A stretch of DNA of 64,000 nucleotides from Candidatus Binatia bacterium. GTDB taxonomy: Bacteria; Eisenbacteria; RBG-16-71-46; SZUA-252. Within the stretch, counting starts at the first letter, position 1. Every line of letters begins with the position of its first letter. Below the pieces are notes generated by a model. It made no database searches. It was not told the DNA's origin and saw only the letters and a list, made by a program, of their open reading frames with translations. Positions 7,029 to 15,767 of the stretch are shown in pieces. The position numbers and the translations under genes are program-made. Location: the NCBI GenBank assembly GCA_035631035.1, contig DASQJL010000112.1, positions 3,327 through 67,326 of the forward strand, given 5' to 3'.

Positions 7029-8225
7029 GTGAGACCCCGCCCCGCCACCGATCTTTCCCCCGCGACCAGGCCCCGGCTGCGCCCGGCGCGGGCCGTGGCC
7101 GAGAGTCTCTATCGCTATGCGCCCTTCGGGGTTCTGGCGGTGGACCGCGAGGGACGGGTGGTCGCGGTGAACGAGACCGCCTGCCGGCTCCTCGGCTATG
7201 CGGCCGAGGAGATGCTCCAGGAGCCGGCCTCGCTCCATTTCCGGGCGCCGAAGGGAGACGGGCACGTCCTTCCGGGCGCGTGCGCCGCGCCGGAGGAGCC
7301 GCGCGAGGTCGAGGTGGCGACCAAGAACCAGGACGCCCTCCCGATCTCGCTCCGCCTGCTTCCCCTCGAGACCGAGTCGGGAGCGCTCGGCGGGACCCTC
7401 GCCCTCTTCGTGGACCTTCGCGGCGAGAAGTCGCGCGACGAGCAGTGGCGCCGCCGGGACCGCCTGGCCTCGCTGGGCGCGCTGGCCGCCGGCGTGGCGC
7501 ACGAGATCCGAAACCCGCTCGCCGGGATCGGCGCCTCGGCGCAGATTCTCGCGCGCAGGCTTCCGGCGGGGGATCCGCGCGCCTCCTTCGCCACGCTCAT
7601 CGTCGAGGAGGTGGCGCGCCTCGACCGGATCGTGGAGAGCCTGCTCCAGTTCGCGCGCCCCGCCACGCCCAAGCTGGCCCGGCAGTCGCTGCTGCCCGCG
7701 CTGGAGAAGGCGATCACGCTGATGCACGAGCCGGCGGTGCGGCAGAAGGTGTCGCTGGTCGCCGACCGCGCCGAGCGCGTTCCCGAGATCTACGTCGACG
7801 TCGACCAGATCCTCCAGGTGCTCGTGAACGTCGTGAAGAACGCGATCCAGGCGATGCCCGACGGCGGCGAGATCAAGGTCGGGATCGGCGTGAAGCGGAA
7901 GCGGCTGGTGGAGCGGAGCGCCATCGGCCGGCGGGCCTCCGACCGCCTGGAGTCGGCGCGGCCGATCCCGGAGCAGGAGGTCGTCGAGATCCGCGTGCAG
8001 GACAACGGCCCCGGGATCCCGGCGGCCACGCTGGCCCGCGTCTTCGATCCCTTCTTCACGACCCGTGCCCAGGGGAGCGGCCTGGGGCTTTCCATCTGCC
8101 AGACCATCGTGCGCGAGCACGGAGGCGTGATCACCGTCGAGAGCACCGTCGGACAGGGGACCACCGTCACGATCGACCTTCCCGTGGAGAAACGACATGG
8201 AGACCGACGCACCGATCCTCGCTAA
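7029..8225 (+). CDS. Soluble PAS-domain sensor histidine kinase (NtrB/FleS-like)
   Basis: H-box GVAHEIRNPLAGI, N-box LVNVVKNAIQAM, G1 VQDNGPGIP, G2 GSGLGLSICQ. The N-terminal PAS-like segment reads FGVLAVDREGRVVAVNETACRLLGY. I see no hydrophobic transmembrane stretch. Confidence 0.9.
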   Translation: MRPRPATDLSPATRPRLRPARAVAESLYRYAPFGVLAVDREGRVVAVNETACRLLGYAAEEMLQEPASLHFRAPKGDGHVLPGACAAPEEPREVEVATKNQDALPISLRLLPLETESGALGGTLALFVDLRGEKSRDEQWRRRDRLASLGALAAGVAHEIRNPLAGIGASAQILARRLPAGDPRASFATLIVEEVARLDRIVESLLQFARPATPKLARQSLLPALEKAITLMHEPAVRQKVSLVADRAERVPEIYVDVDQILQVLVNVVKNAIQAMPDGGEIKVGIGVKRKRLVERSAIGRRASDRLESARPIPEQEVVEIRVQDNGPGIPAATLARVFDPFFTTRAQGSGLGLSICQTIVREHGGVITVESTVGQGTTVTIDLPVEKRHGDRRTDPR

Positions 8226-9618
8226 GCCGTCCGCCGGCGTGCTCGTGGTGGATGACGAACGCTCGCTCCGCTTCACGCTCAGCGAGAGCCTCTCGGAAGA
8301 GGGCTACCGCGTCGAGACGGCGTCGGATGGCGCCGAGGCGCTCTCCAAGGTCGAGACCGGCGACTTCCAGCTGGTCCTGCTCGATCAGAAGCTTCCCGAC
8401 TCCAACGGGATCGAGGTGCTCCGGAAGATCAAGACGAAGCGGCCGGAGCTTCCGGTGGTGATCATGACGGCGTACGGCAAGTTCGAGAACGCGGTCGAGG
8501 CGGCGCGAGCCGGCTGCTACGACTACATCGGGAAGCCGTTCGAGCTGGACCACATCAAGCTGGTGCTCTCCAACGCGCTCGAGCTGGCGACCGCTCGCGA
8601 CGAGGTGGCGCGCCTGAAAGCGGCGGAGCGCCGGCGCGCCGGCTCGACGATCGTCTCCGGCGGCAGCCCCGCCATGGAGAAGATCTTCGGCACGATGAAG
8701 AAGGTCACGCAGAGCGGGAGCAGCACCATCCTGCTCGAGGGGGAGACCGGCGTCGGCAAGGAGCTCGTCGCCCGGGAGATCCACGACCTGAGCGCGCGCC
8801 GCGAGGGCCCGTTCGTGGCGGTGAACTGCAGCGCCTTCCCCGAGTCGCTGCTCGAAGGGGAGCTGTTCGGGAGCGAGAAGGGCGCCTACACCGATTCCAA
8901 GGGCCGGCGGCGCGGCGTCATGGAGCAGGCGAACGGGGGGACGCTGTTCCTCGACGAGATCGGGGAGATGCAGGCGAACCTTCAGGCCCGGCTCCTGCGC
9001 GCGCTGGAGCAGCGGCGCTTTCGCCGGCTGGGCGGCGAGACCGACGTGTCGGTCGACATCCGCGTCGTCGCGGCGACGAACCGCGACCTCAAGGTCATGG
9101 TGGACCAGGGAAAATTCCGGGAGGATCTCTACTTCCGGCTCGCGGTGATCCGCGTTCCCGTGCCGCCCCTCCGGGAGCGCACCGGCGACCTCCAGTCGTT
9201 GATCGACCACTTCGTGGATCACTTCAACCGGGAGTTCGGGAAGCGGGTGAAGGGGCCGAACGAGGACGCGCTCGCCCTGATGCTGGCCTACCGCTGGCCG
9301 GGGAACGTGCGCGAGCTGAAGAACGTGATCGAGCGCGCCGTCCTCCTCGAGAGCGAGGAGTGGATCCTGCCGGAGCACCTGCCGCTCGAGATCGTGGGCG
9401 CGGGCGGGTCGGCCCCCAAGGTGCTCGAGACGCGTCTCCACGTGGACGCGGGCGTCCTCACGCTGGCGAAGGCGGAGCAGATCGCGATCGAGATGGCGCT
9501 GGGGCAGGCGGGCGGCAACAAGACGCGCGCGGCGGAGGCGCTCGGGATCTCGCGCCAGACGCTCCGCACGAAGCTCAAGGAGTACCGGATGGAAGCCCCG
9601 GGGGGCCATGACGGCTGA
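8197..9618 (+). CDS. Sigma-54-dependent response regulator (NtrC/FleR family)
   Basis: Receiver domain (VLVVDDE...LVLLDQKLPD), AAA+ core (LLEGETGVGKELVAREIH, EGELFGSEKGAYTDS, GTLFLDEIGEM, RVVAATNRDL) and a C-terminal HTH (NKTRAAEALGISRQTLRTKL). It overlaps the kinase gene by 29 nt. Confidence 0.9.
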   Translation: METDAPILAKPSAGVLVVDDERSLRFTLSESLSEEGYRVETASDGAEALSKVETGDFQLVLLDQKLPDSNGIEVLRKIKTKRPELPVVIMTAYGKFENAVEAARAGCYDYIGKPFELDHIKLVLSNALELATARDEVARLKAAERRRAGSTIVSGGSPAMEKIFGTMKKVTQSGSSTILLEGETGVGKELVAREIHDLSARREGPFVAVNCSAFPESLLEGELFGSEKGAYTDSKGRRRGVMEQANGGTLFLDEIGEMQANLQARLLRALEQRRFRRLGGETDVSVDIRVVAATNRDLKVMVDQGKFREDLYFRLAVIRVPVPPLRERTGDLQSLIDHFVDHFNREFGKRVKGPNEDALALMLAYRWPGNVRELKNVIERAVLLESEEWILPEHLPLEIVGAGGSAPKVLETRLHVDAGVLTLAKAEQIAIEMALGQAGGNKTRAAEALGISRQTLRTKLKEYRMEAPGGHDG

Positions 9619-10825
9619 GCCGGCGCCGGCGCCCGGCCCCGGAAGCAGCCCCCGGCCGCAGCCCCAACCGAATCCCTTCCGCCTGGAGCGCGGCGGCCCG
9701 GCGTCCCCGCGCGCCGGACTCCTCGCCACCGGCCACGGCGTCGTGCGCACCCCCGCGTTCATGCCCGTCGGCACGGCCGGGAGCGTGAAGGGGCTCGCTC
9801 CCGACGAGATCCGCGCGGCCGGCACGCAGATCCTCCTCGCGAATACCTATCACCTGATGCTCCGACCCGGCGCCGCGCTCGTGCGCGAGCTGGGCGGCCT
9901 TCACGCGTTCATGGGGTGGGACGGCGCGATCCTCACCGACAGCGGCGGCTATCAGATGGTGAGCCTGAAGGAGCGGGTGCGGATCTCGGAGGAGGGGGTG
10001 GAGTTCCGCTCCCACCTGGACGGCGCCCTCGAGTTCCTCTCGCCCGAGAGGGCCATGGAGATCCAGGCCGATCTCGGGCCCGACATCGCGGTGACGCTGG
10101 ACCATGCCGTGCCGCTCCCGGCGCCCGAGGCCGACGTGCGGGACGGGGCCGAGCGGACGCTCCGCTGGACCGAGCGCTCGCTGGCGCGCGCGGCGTCGCT
10201 CACCACGCCCGCCGGCCTCCCGCAGCTCCACTTCGCGATCGTGCAGGGCGGGGGCGATCCGGCGCTGCGGGCGGAGATGGCGGCGCGCACGGCCGCCCTC
10301 CCGTGCGACGGGTTCGCGATCGGCGGGCTTTCCCTGGGCGAGACCAAGGCGGAGACGTGGGCGTCGGCGCGCGGCGCGAACGAAGCGCTCCCGGCCGACC
10401 GGCCGCGCTATCTCATGGGCATGGGCACGCCCGAGGATCTGCTCGACGGCATCGCCTCCGGGGTGGATCTCTTCGACTGCGTGCTCCCGACGCGGAACGC
10501 GCGGAACGGGATGGCGTTCACGTCGGAGGGCACCCTCAACATCCGGAACGCGGCCCACGCGCGCTCGCCCCTGCCGCTCGATCCGCGCTGCGCCTGCGCG
10601 GCGTGCGCGCGCTTCACGCGCGCCTATCTGCGGCACCTGCATCAGGCGGGGGAGATCCTGGCCCACCGAATGCTGACCTTGCACAACGTGACGTTTTACC
10701 AGACACTGATGAACGAGGCGCGCGAGGCGATCGATCGCGGCGCCTTCGACGTGTACGAGCGCGAGTTCCGCCGCCGCTATCGCGCGCGCCGGGACGACGC
10801 CTCCCCGCCCGAGGCCCAGGAGTAA
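9608..10825 (+). CDS. tgt: Queuine tRNA-ribosyltransferase (tRNA-guanine transglycosylase)
   Basis: Tgt blocks TPAFMPVGT, LLANTYHLMLRPG, LTDSGGYQ, FAIVQGG, GFAIGGLS, RYLMGMGTPEDL and the C-x-C-x2-C zinc site (RCACAACARF). It is followed by yajC, as in many bacteria. Confidence 0.9.
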   Translation: MTAEPAPAPGPGSSPRPQPQPNPFRLERGGPASPRAGLLATGHGVVRTPAFMPVGTAGSVKGLAPDEIRAAGTQILLANTYHLMLRPGAALVRELGGLHAFMGWDGAILTDSGGYQMVSLKERVRISEEGVEFRSHLDGALEFLSPERAMEIQADLGPDIAVTLDHAVPLPAPEADVRDGAERTLRWTERSLARAASLTTPAGLPQLHFAIVQGGGDPALRAEMAARTAALPCDGFAIGGLSLGETKAETWASARGANEALPADRPRYLMGMGTPEDLLDGIASGVDLFDCVLPTRNARNGMAFTSEGTLNIRNAAHARSPLPLDPRCACAACARFTRAYLRHLHQAGEILAHRMLTLHNVTFYQTLMNEAREAIDRGAFDVYEREFRRRYRARRDDASPPEAQE

Positions 10826-10828
10826 TCC

Positions 10829-11155
10829 ATGCTGGATGCCGTCTACGCGCAGGCCGCGCCGGTTGCCGCGCCGTCGCCCGCCGATCAGATGCTGCACATG
10901 GTCGCGATCCTCGCGATCACGATCGGAATCTTCTACTTCCTCATCATCCGCCCCCAGCAGAAGAAGCAGAAGGAGGCCGAGCAGATGCTGGCGTCGATCC
11001 GGAAGGGGGACCGCGTCCTCACCTCCGGCGGCGTCTACGGCACCGTGATCGGAACGGGCGGGAAGGACGACGTGGTCGTGCTCCGCGTGGCGGAGGACGT
11101 GAAGATGGAGTTCTCCAAGCAGGCGATCGTCCAGGTCGTGGAGCGCGGGAGCTGA
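10829..11155 (+). CDS. yajC: Preprotein translocase subunit YajC
   Basis: It has a single TM helix followed by the YajC signature: FYFLIIRPQQKKQKEAEQMLASIRKGDRVLTSGGVYGTV. Confidence 0.85.
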   Translation: MLDAVYAQAAPVAAPSPADQMLHMVAILAITIGIFYFLIIRPQQKKQKEAEQMLASIRKGDRVLTSGGVYGTVIGTGGKDDVVVLRVAEDVKMEFSKQAIVQVVERGS

Positions 11156-11156
11156 A

Positions 11157-11690
11157 GTGGCGCGGAGTCTCCGCTACTACGGCGATCCGGTGCTGCGCCG
11201 GAAAGCCGCGCCCGCCCAGGCGGGGCCCGAGCTGGCCGCGCTCGTGGCCGATCTCTTCGACGTGATGTACCGCGAGAAGGGGGTCGGTCTGGCGGCGCCG
11301 CAGGTGGGCGAGTCGACGCGCGTCTTCGTCGTGGACGTCGAAGACGACGCCGGACGCACGAAGCAGGCGTTCGTGAACCCGGTGATCACGAAGCGCGAGG
11401 GGACGATGAACGGCGAGGAGGGGTGCCTGAGCATCCCCGGGTATCGCGAGGACGTGAAGCGCTGGGCCGCGATCGAGGTCCAGGCCACGGACGAGACCGG
11501 CCGCCCCTTCACGCTCGAAGCCGAGGGACTCCTCGCCCGCGCGATCCAGCACGAGCTGGATCACCTGGACGGCATCCTCTTCCTCGACCGCTTGAGCCCG
11601 ATCAAGCGGAAGCTCCTCGAGGCGCGCTTGAAGCGCTTCCAGGCGCCCGTCCATGCGATGGACGCCGAGGGCTCCCGCTCCTCGCTCTGA
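11157..11690 (+). CDS. def: Peptide deformylase
   Basis: The three Def motifs are present: GVGLAAPQVG, EGCLSIPG and QHELDHLDG. Confidence 0.95.
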   Translation: MARSLRYYGDPVLRRKAAPAQAGPELAALVADLFDVMYREKGVGLAAPQVGESTRVFVVDVEDDAGRTKQAFVNPVITKREGTMNGEEGCLSIPGYREDVKRWAAIEVQATDETGRPFTLEAEGLLARAIQHELDHLDGILFLDRLSPIKRKLLEARLKRFQAPVHAMDAEGSRSSL

Positions 11691-11741
11691 CCGGCGTGCG
11701 GCCGACCGGCCTCCGCCCTCCACCCGTTCCCAGGGACTGAC

Positions 11742-12746
11742 ATGCGCCTCGTCTATTACGGCACGCCGGCGCTCGCCGTGCCGCCGCTCCGGCGCCTGGT
11801 CGAAGACGGACGCGCCCCCCTCCTCGTGGTGACGCGCCCCGACCGTCCCAAGGGGCGCGGCCTCGCTTCGTCGGCATCCCCGGTCAAGGAGGCCGCGCTC
11901 CAGCTCGGGCTGCCCGTCGAGACGCCGTCCCGGGCGGGCGCGCCCGAGGCGATCGAGCGCATCCGCGCGCTCCAGCCCGATCTCCTGATCGTCGCCGCGT
12001 ACGGGCAGATCTTCCCCGCGGCGCTGCTCGCCACGCCGAGGCTGGGCGCCCTCAACGTGCACTACTCGCTCCTGCCGCGCCACCGCGGGGCCGCCCCGGT
12101 TCAGGCGGCCATCCTCGCGGGCGACGCCGAGACGGGGGTGACCACGATGTGGATGACCGAGGGGCTCGACGAGGGGCCGGTCTTTCTCAAGAGGAGCACC
12201 GCGATCGAGCCGGGCGAGGACGCCGGAGCGCTCGGCGCCCGCCTGGCCGCGCTCGGCGCCGCGTGCCTCGCCGAATCGCTCGAACGGATCGAGGCCGGGG
12301 AGATCCGGCGCGAGGAACAGGACCCCGCGCGCGCCACGATGGCCAAGAAGATCCGCCCCGCCGACGCGCGGCTCGATCCCGGCGCGTCGCCGGAGACGCT
12401 GGCCCGCCTCGTGCGCGCGTTCGCCCCCGAGCCGGGCGCCTATTTCGTCCTCGATGCGGCCGGGGCGTCCACCGAGGGCGACCGGCTCCTCCTGCTCGCC
12501 GCCGAGCCCGGCTCCGCGACGGTCCCCGCGACGGCCCCGGGGACCGTGCTCGCGATCGACCGCGCCCGCGGCGTGGAGATCGCGCTCTCGCGGGGGTCGC
12601 TCTGGCTCCAGCGCGTGAAGCCGGCGGGACGGAGAGCGATGTCGGGCGCCGAGTACGCGAATGGAAAGCGGCTCAAGCCGGGAGACCGGCTCCCGATCAT
12701 CCTTGGCGCGCCCGCGCCCGGCGCGCGCTCGAAGGGTTCGTCGTGA
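11742..12746 (+). CDS. fmt: Methionyl-tRNA formyltransferase
   Basis: MRLVYYGTPALAVPPL, GALNVHYSLLPRHRGAAPVQAAI and TTMWMTEGLDEGPV, located directly after def. Confidence 0.9.
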   Translation: MRLVYYGTPALAVPPLRRLVEDGRAPLLVVTRPDRPKGRGLASSASPVKEAALQLGLPVETPSRAGAPEAIERIRALQPDLLIVAAYGQIFPAALLATPRLGALNVHYSLLPRHRGAAPVQAAILAGDAETGVTTMWMTEGLDEGPVFLKRSTAIEPGEDAGALGARLAALGAACLAESLERIEAGEIRREEQDPARATMAKKIRPADARLDPGASPETLARLVRAFAPEPGAYFVLDAAGASTEGDRLLLLAAEPGSATVPATAPGTVLAIDRARGVEIALSRGSLWLQRVKPAGRRAMSGAEYANGKRLKPGDRLPIILGAPAPGARSKGSS

Positions 12747-14107
12747 CGCGGCGTCCCGCCCTGCCGCGCCGGCGGAAGCCGGTCGGCCCGCGCGAGCTCG
12801 CGCTCCAGATCCTGGCCGCGGCGGAGAGCCGCCGCGCCTATTCCGACCGGCTGCTCGAGAGCCGCCTCCGCGATTCGGCGCTGGCCCCGCGCGACGCCGC
12901 GCTCGTCACGACGCTCGTGCAGGGGACGCTGCGCCATCGCGCTCTGCTCGATCACCACCTGGCCGCGCTGACCGGCCCCCGGTGGGACGAGCTTCCTCTC
13001 TGGATCCGCGAGACGCTTCGGATCGGGGCGTTCCAGATCCTGGTGCTCACGCGCGTGCCCTCCTCGGCGGCCGTGGACGAGAGCGTGAAGCTCGCGAAGA
13101 AGTACGGGCATCCGGGCACGGCCGGGCTCGTGAACGCCGTGCTGCGGCGGCTGGCGGGGGGCGCCCTGGCGCTGCTCCCGGACGCGGCGTCCGATCCGGC
13201 GGCGCGCCTCGCGGTCGAGCATTCGCATCCGCGCTGGCTGGTGGAGCGCTGGGTGGCGCGCTACGGCCCCGAAGAGGCGGGCCGCCTCCTCGCGGCCGAC
13301 AACGTCGAGCCGCGCGTCTCGGTGCGCGCCAACCGGGCGCGCACCTCGACCGAAGCGCTCGCGGAAGCGCTGCGCGCCGAGGGGTTCGCCGTGGAGCCGG
13401 GGCCGAACGGGGGGCCGGTGCTGCTGGTGGCGGACGGGTTCACGGCGGCGCGCTCGCCGCTCTTCCGCGGAGGCTCCCTCTCGCTGCAGGACGAGGCGGA
13501 GGCGTGCGTCGTGCCGGTCCTCGATCCCCGGCCGGGGCATCGCGCGCTCGACGTCGCGGCCGCGCCGGGCGGCAAGGCCTCGCAGATCGCCGAAGCGGTC
13601 GCGCCCTCGGGTTCGGTGGTCGCGCTGGAGCGGCACCCGAGCCGCGCACGGGCCCTGCGCGCGAACCTCGTGGAGCGCCTGGGGCTCGCGCATGCCTGGA
13701 CGGTGTGCGGGGACGCGACGGCACCGCCCCTGCGCGGCCCGTTCGACCGCGTGCTCGTCGACGCGCCCTGCTCGGGCCTGGGCGTGCTCCGACGCCGCGC
13801 CGACGCGCGCTGGCGCAAGGAGCCGGACGCGATCGCGGAGATGGCGGCGCTGCAGGCGGCGCTGCTCGATGCGGCCGCGCCGCTCGTCTTGGCCGGCGGC
13901 GTTCTGGTGTATAGTGTCTGCTCCCTCGAACCGGAGGAGACCGACGCGATCGTGACGCCGTTTCTGAGCCGACATCCGGAATTCTCCCTCGACGACGCTC
14001 GCCCGTTTCTCCCGCCTTCCTTCCGCGGTTCCGAGCCCTTCTTCCGCGCGCTGCCGCACCTCCACGGCACCGACGGCGTGTTCGCGGCGAGGCTCGCGCG
14101 CCGATGA
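12743..14107 (+). CDS. rsmB: 16S rRNA (cytosine967-C5)-methyltransferase RsmB/Sun
   Basis: This is the C-terminal 454 codons of track ORF 12149..14107, from GTG 12743 (GTGA overlap with the fmt stop). It has a NusB-like N-domain, then SAM-MTase blocks LDVAAAPGGK, DRVLVDAPCSGLGVLRR and LVYSVCSLEPEE. Confidence 0.9.
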   Translation: MTRRPALPRRRKPVGPRELALQILAAAESRRAYSDRLLESRLRDSALAPRDAALVTTLVQGTLRHRALLDHHLAALTGPRWDELPLWIRETLRIGAFQILVLTRVPSSAAVDESVKLAKKYGHPGTAGLVNAVLRRLAGGALALLPDAASDPAARLAVEHSHPRWLVERWVARYGPEEAGRLLAADNVEPRVSVRANRARTSTEALAEALRAEGFAVEPGPNGGPVLLVADGFTAARSPLFRGGSLSLQDEAEACVVPVLDPRPGHRALDVAAAPGGKASQIAEAVAPSGSVVALERHPSRARALRANLVERLGLAHAWTVCGDATAPPLRGPFDRVLVDAPCSGLGVLRRRADARWRKEPDAIAEMAALQAALLDAAAPLVLAGGVLVYSVCSLEPEETDAIVTPFLSRHPEFSLDDARPFLPPSFRGSEPFFRALPHLHGTDGVFAARLARR

Positions 14108-15057
14108 GGGGCCGCCGGCGTCCGGTCGAGCCCTGGCGCCGCCGCGCGCTCGCGCAGCGCGAAGCCGATCGCGTGCGCGGGGCCGAGACGGGCGCCTCGC
14201 TGAGCACCGCGCCGGAGACCAAGCTGGCCGATCCGCCCCCTGAGGACGGCGACCGGCCCATCGACCGCTCGCCGATCGCGCTCGACGCGCTCTCGCCCGA
14301 GGCCGTAGCACCGCCCCGCGCGGAGCGCCGCCGCGGTCCGCGCTTCAACATCATCACGGGCACCCTCCTCCTCTCGGCGGTCGCGCTGATCGGCGGGTTT
14401 CTCGTGATCAACCTGGTGCTCATGCCCAGCTTCACCCGGCAGGGAGCGGAAGTGCCGGTGCCCGAGGTGACGGGACTCTCCGAGCGCGAGGCCGAGCGGG
14501 TGCTGGCCTCGGAGGATCTCCGCCTCTCCAAGATCTCCGAGCAGTGGAGCCCCGACGTGCCGCGCGGCTTCATCGCGGCGCAGGATCCGGCCGCCGGAGG
14601 CTCGGTGAAGCGCGGCCGGCGCATCTCGGTGGTGGTGAGCCTCGGTGCGCAGGGGACCAGCGTTCCCGTGCTGGACGGCATGTCCGAGCGGCAGGCCGGC
14701 ATCCAGCTCGAAAGCTCGGGCCTCCGGCGCGGAAAGGTGGCGCGCGTCTACACCGACGAGATCGGCAAGGACCTGGTGATCGCGAGCGACCCTCCGGGGG
14801 AGACGGTCGTGGAGCAGGAGACGGTGGTGGATCTCCTCGTCAGTCTCGGCCCGCCGCCGCGCGGCTTCGTTCTCCCCGACCTGACGGGACGCGACGGCTC
14901 GGGGACCGCGCGGGGGCTTCGCGACGAGGGATTCTCCGTCGCGATCCGCCCGATGGGCGCGGCCCACGGACCCGCCGACGCCGTCACGGGACAGGATCCG
15001 CCGCCGGGACATCGCGTCGCTCCGCGCGACTCGATCGTCCTCTACGTGAACCCATGA
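14104..15057 (+). CDS. Membrane-anchored protein with three extracellular PASTA domains and no kinase domain
   Basis: An Arg/Pro-rich ~95-aa N-terminus is followed by one TM helix (IITGTLLLSAVALIGGFLVINLVLM). Three PASTA-like units follow, beginning VPEVTGLSEREAERVL, VPVLDGMSERQAGIQL and VLPDLTGRDGSGTARGL. Each ends in a V/L-x-V/L-x-V motif. No Hanks kinase motifs are present. Confidence 0.8.
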   Translation: MRGRRRPVEPWRRRALAQREADRVRGAETGASLSTAPETKLADPPPEDGDRPIDRSPIALDALSPEAVAPPRAERRRGPRFNIITGTLLLSAVALIGGFLVINLVLMPSFTRQGAEVPVPEVTGLSEREAERVLASEDLRLSKISEQWSPDVPRGFIAAQDPAAGGSVKRGRRISVVVSLGAQGTSVPVLDGMSERQAGIQLESSGLRRGKVARVYTDEIGKDLVIASDPPGETVVEQETVVDLLVSLGPPPRGFVLPDLTGRDGSGTARGLRDEGFSVAIRPMGAAHGPADAVTGQDPPPGHRVAPRDSIVLYVNP

Positions 15058-15767
15058 AGGGCGCCCCGGAAGCGCGGGGCGCCGCCGGGACGTGGTCCGC
15101 TCCCGGGCGCCGCCGCGTCTGCCCCTCGATCCTCTCCGCCGACTTCGCCCGCCTCGCCGAGGCGATCGCGACGGTGGAAGCGGCGGGGGCCGACTTCATC
15201 CACGTGGACGTCATGGACGGGCAGTTCGTCCCCAATCTCACGTTCGGCCCGATCGTCGTCGCCGGGATCCGGAAGATGACCCGCCTGCCGCTCGACGTGC
15301 ACCTCATGATCGTCGATCCGCTCCGCCACCTTCCCGCCTTCGCCGATGCCGGCGCCGATCACCTGATCGTGCACGTGGAGGCGGTGGACGATCCCGCGGC
15401 CGCGGCCCGGGCCATCCGCGCGCGCGGCCTGCGCGCGGGGCTCTCGATCAAGCCCGCGACGCCGATGGAGCGCCTGATCCCGGCACTCCCCGAGTGCGAC
15501 ATCGCGCTCGTCATGACGGTCGAGCCCGGCGCGGGCGGCCAGGCGTTCCTCCCCGGCTCTCCCGAGCGGATCGCCGCGGCGCGGCGGGTCGTCGCCGAGC
15601 GCGGGCTGGACTGCCTCGTCATGGTGGACGGCGGGATCGACGTCCGGACCGCGCCGATCGCCGAACGCGCGGGCGCCGACGCCTTCGTCGCGGGGCACTC
15701 GATCTTCCACGCCTCCGATCCCGCGGGGGCGGTCCGCGCCCTCGGCGCGTCGCTCGCCCGGCCGTGA
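15054..15767 (+). CDS. rpe: Ribulose-phosphate 3-epimerase
   Basis: In-frame ATG 15054 of track ORF 14544..15767 (ATGA overlap). Blocks: CPSILSADFARL, IHVDVMDGQFVPNLTFGP, DVHLM, VMTVEPGAGGQAF and MVDGGI. Confidence 0.9.
   Translation: MKGAPEARGAAGTWSAPGRRRVCPSILSADFARLAEAIATVEAAGADFIHVDVMDGQFVPNLTFGPIVVAGIRKMTRLPLDVHLMIVDPLRHLPAFADAGADHLIVHVEAVDDPAAAARAIRARGLRAGLSIKPATPMERLIPALPECDIALVMTVEPGAGGQAFLPGSPERIAAARRVVAERGLDCLVMVDGGIDVRTAPIAERAGADAFVAGHSIFHASDPAGAVRALGASLARP

Noticed and set aside
6997-7032. An 11-codon uORF (MTPTIGLDAAS) whose TGA overlaps the kinase GTG start
   Set aside because: The RBS is weak. The peptide has no regulatory-looking features, such as runs of one amino acid. Such short ORFs arise by chance. 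It is noted but not supported.
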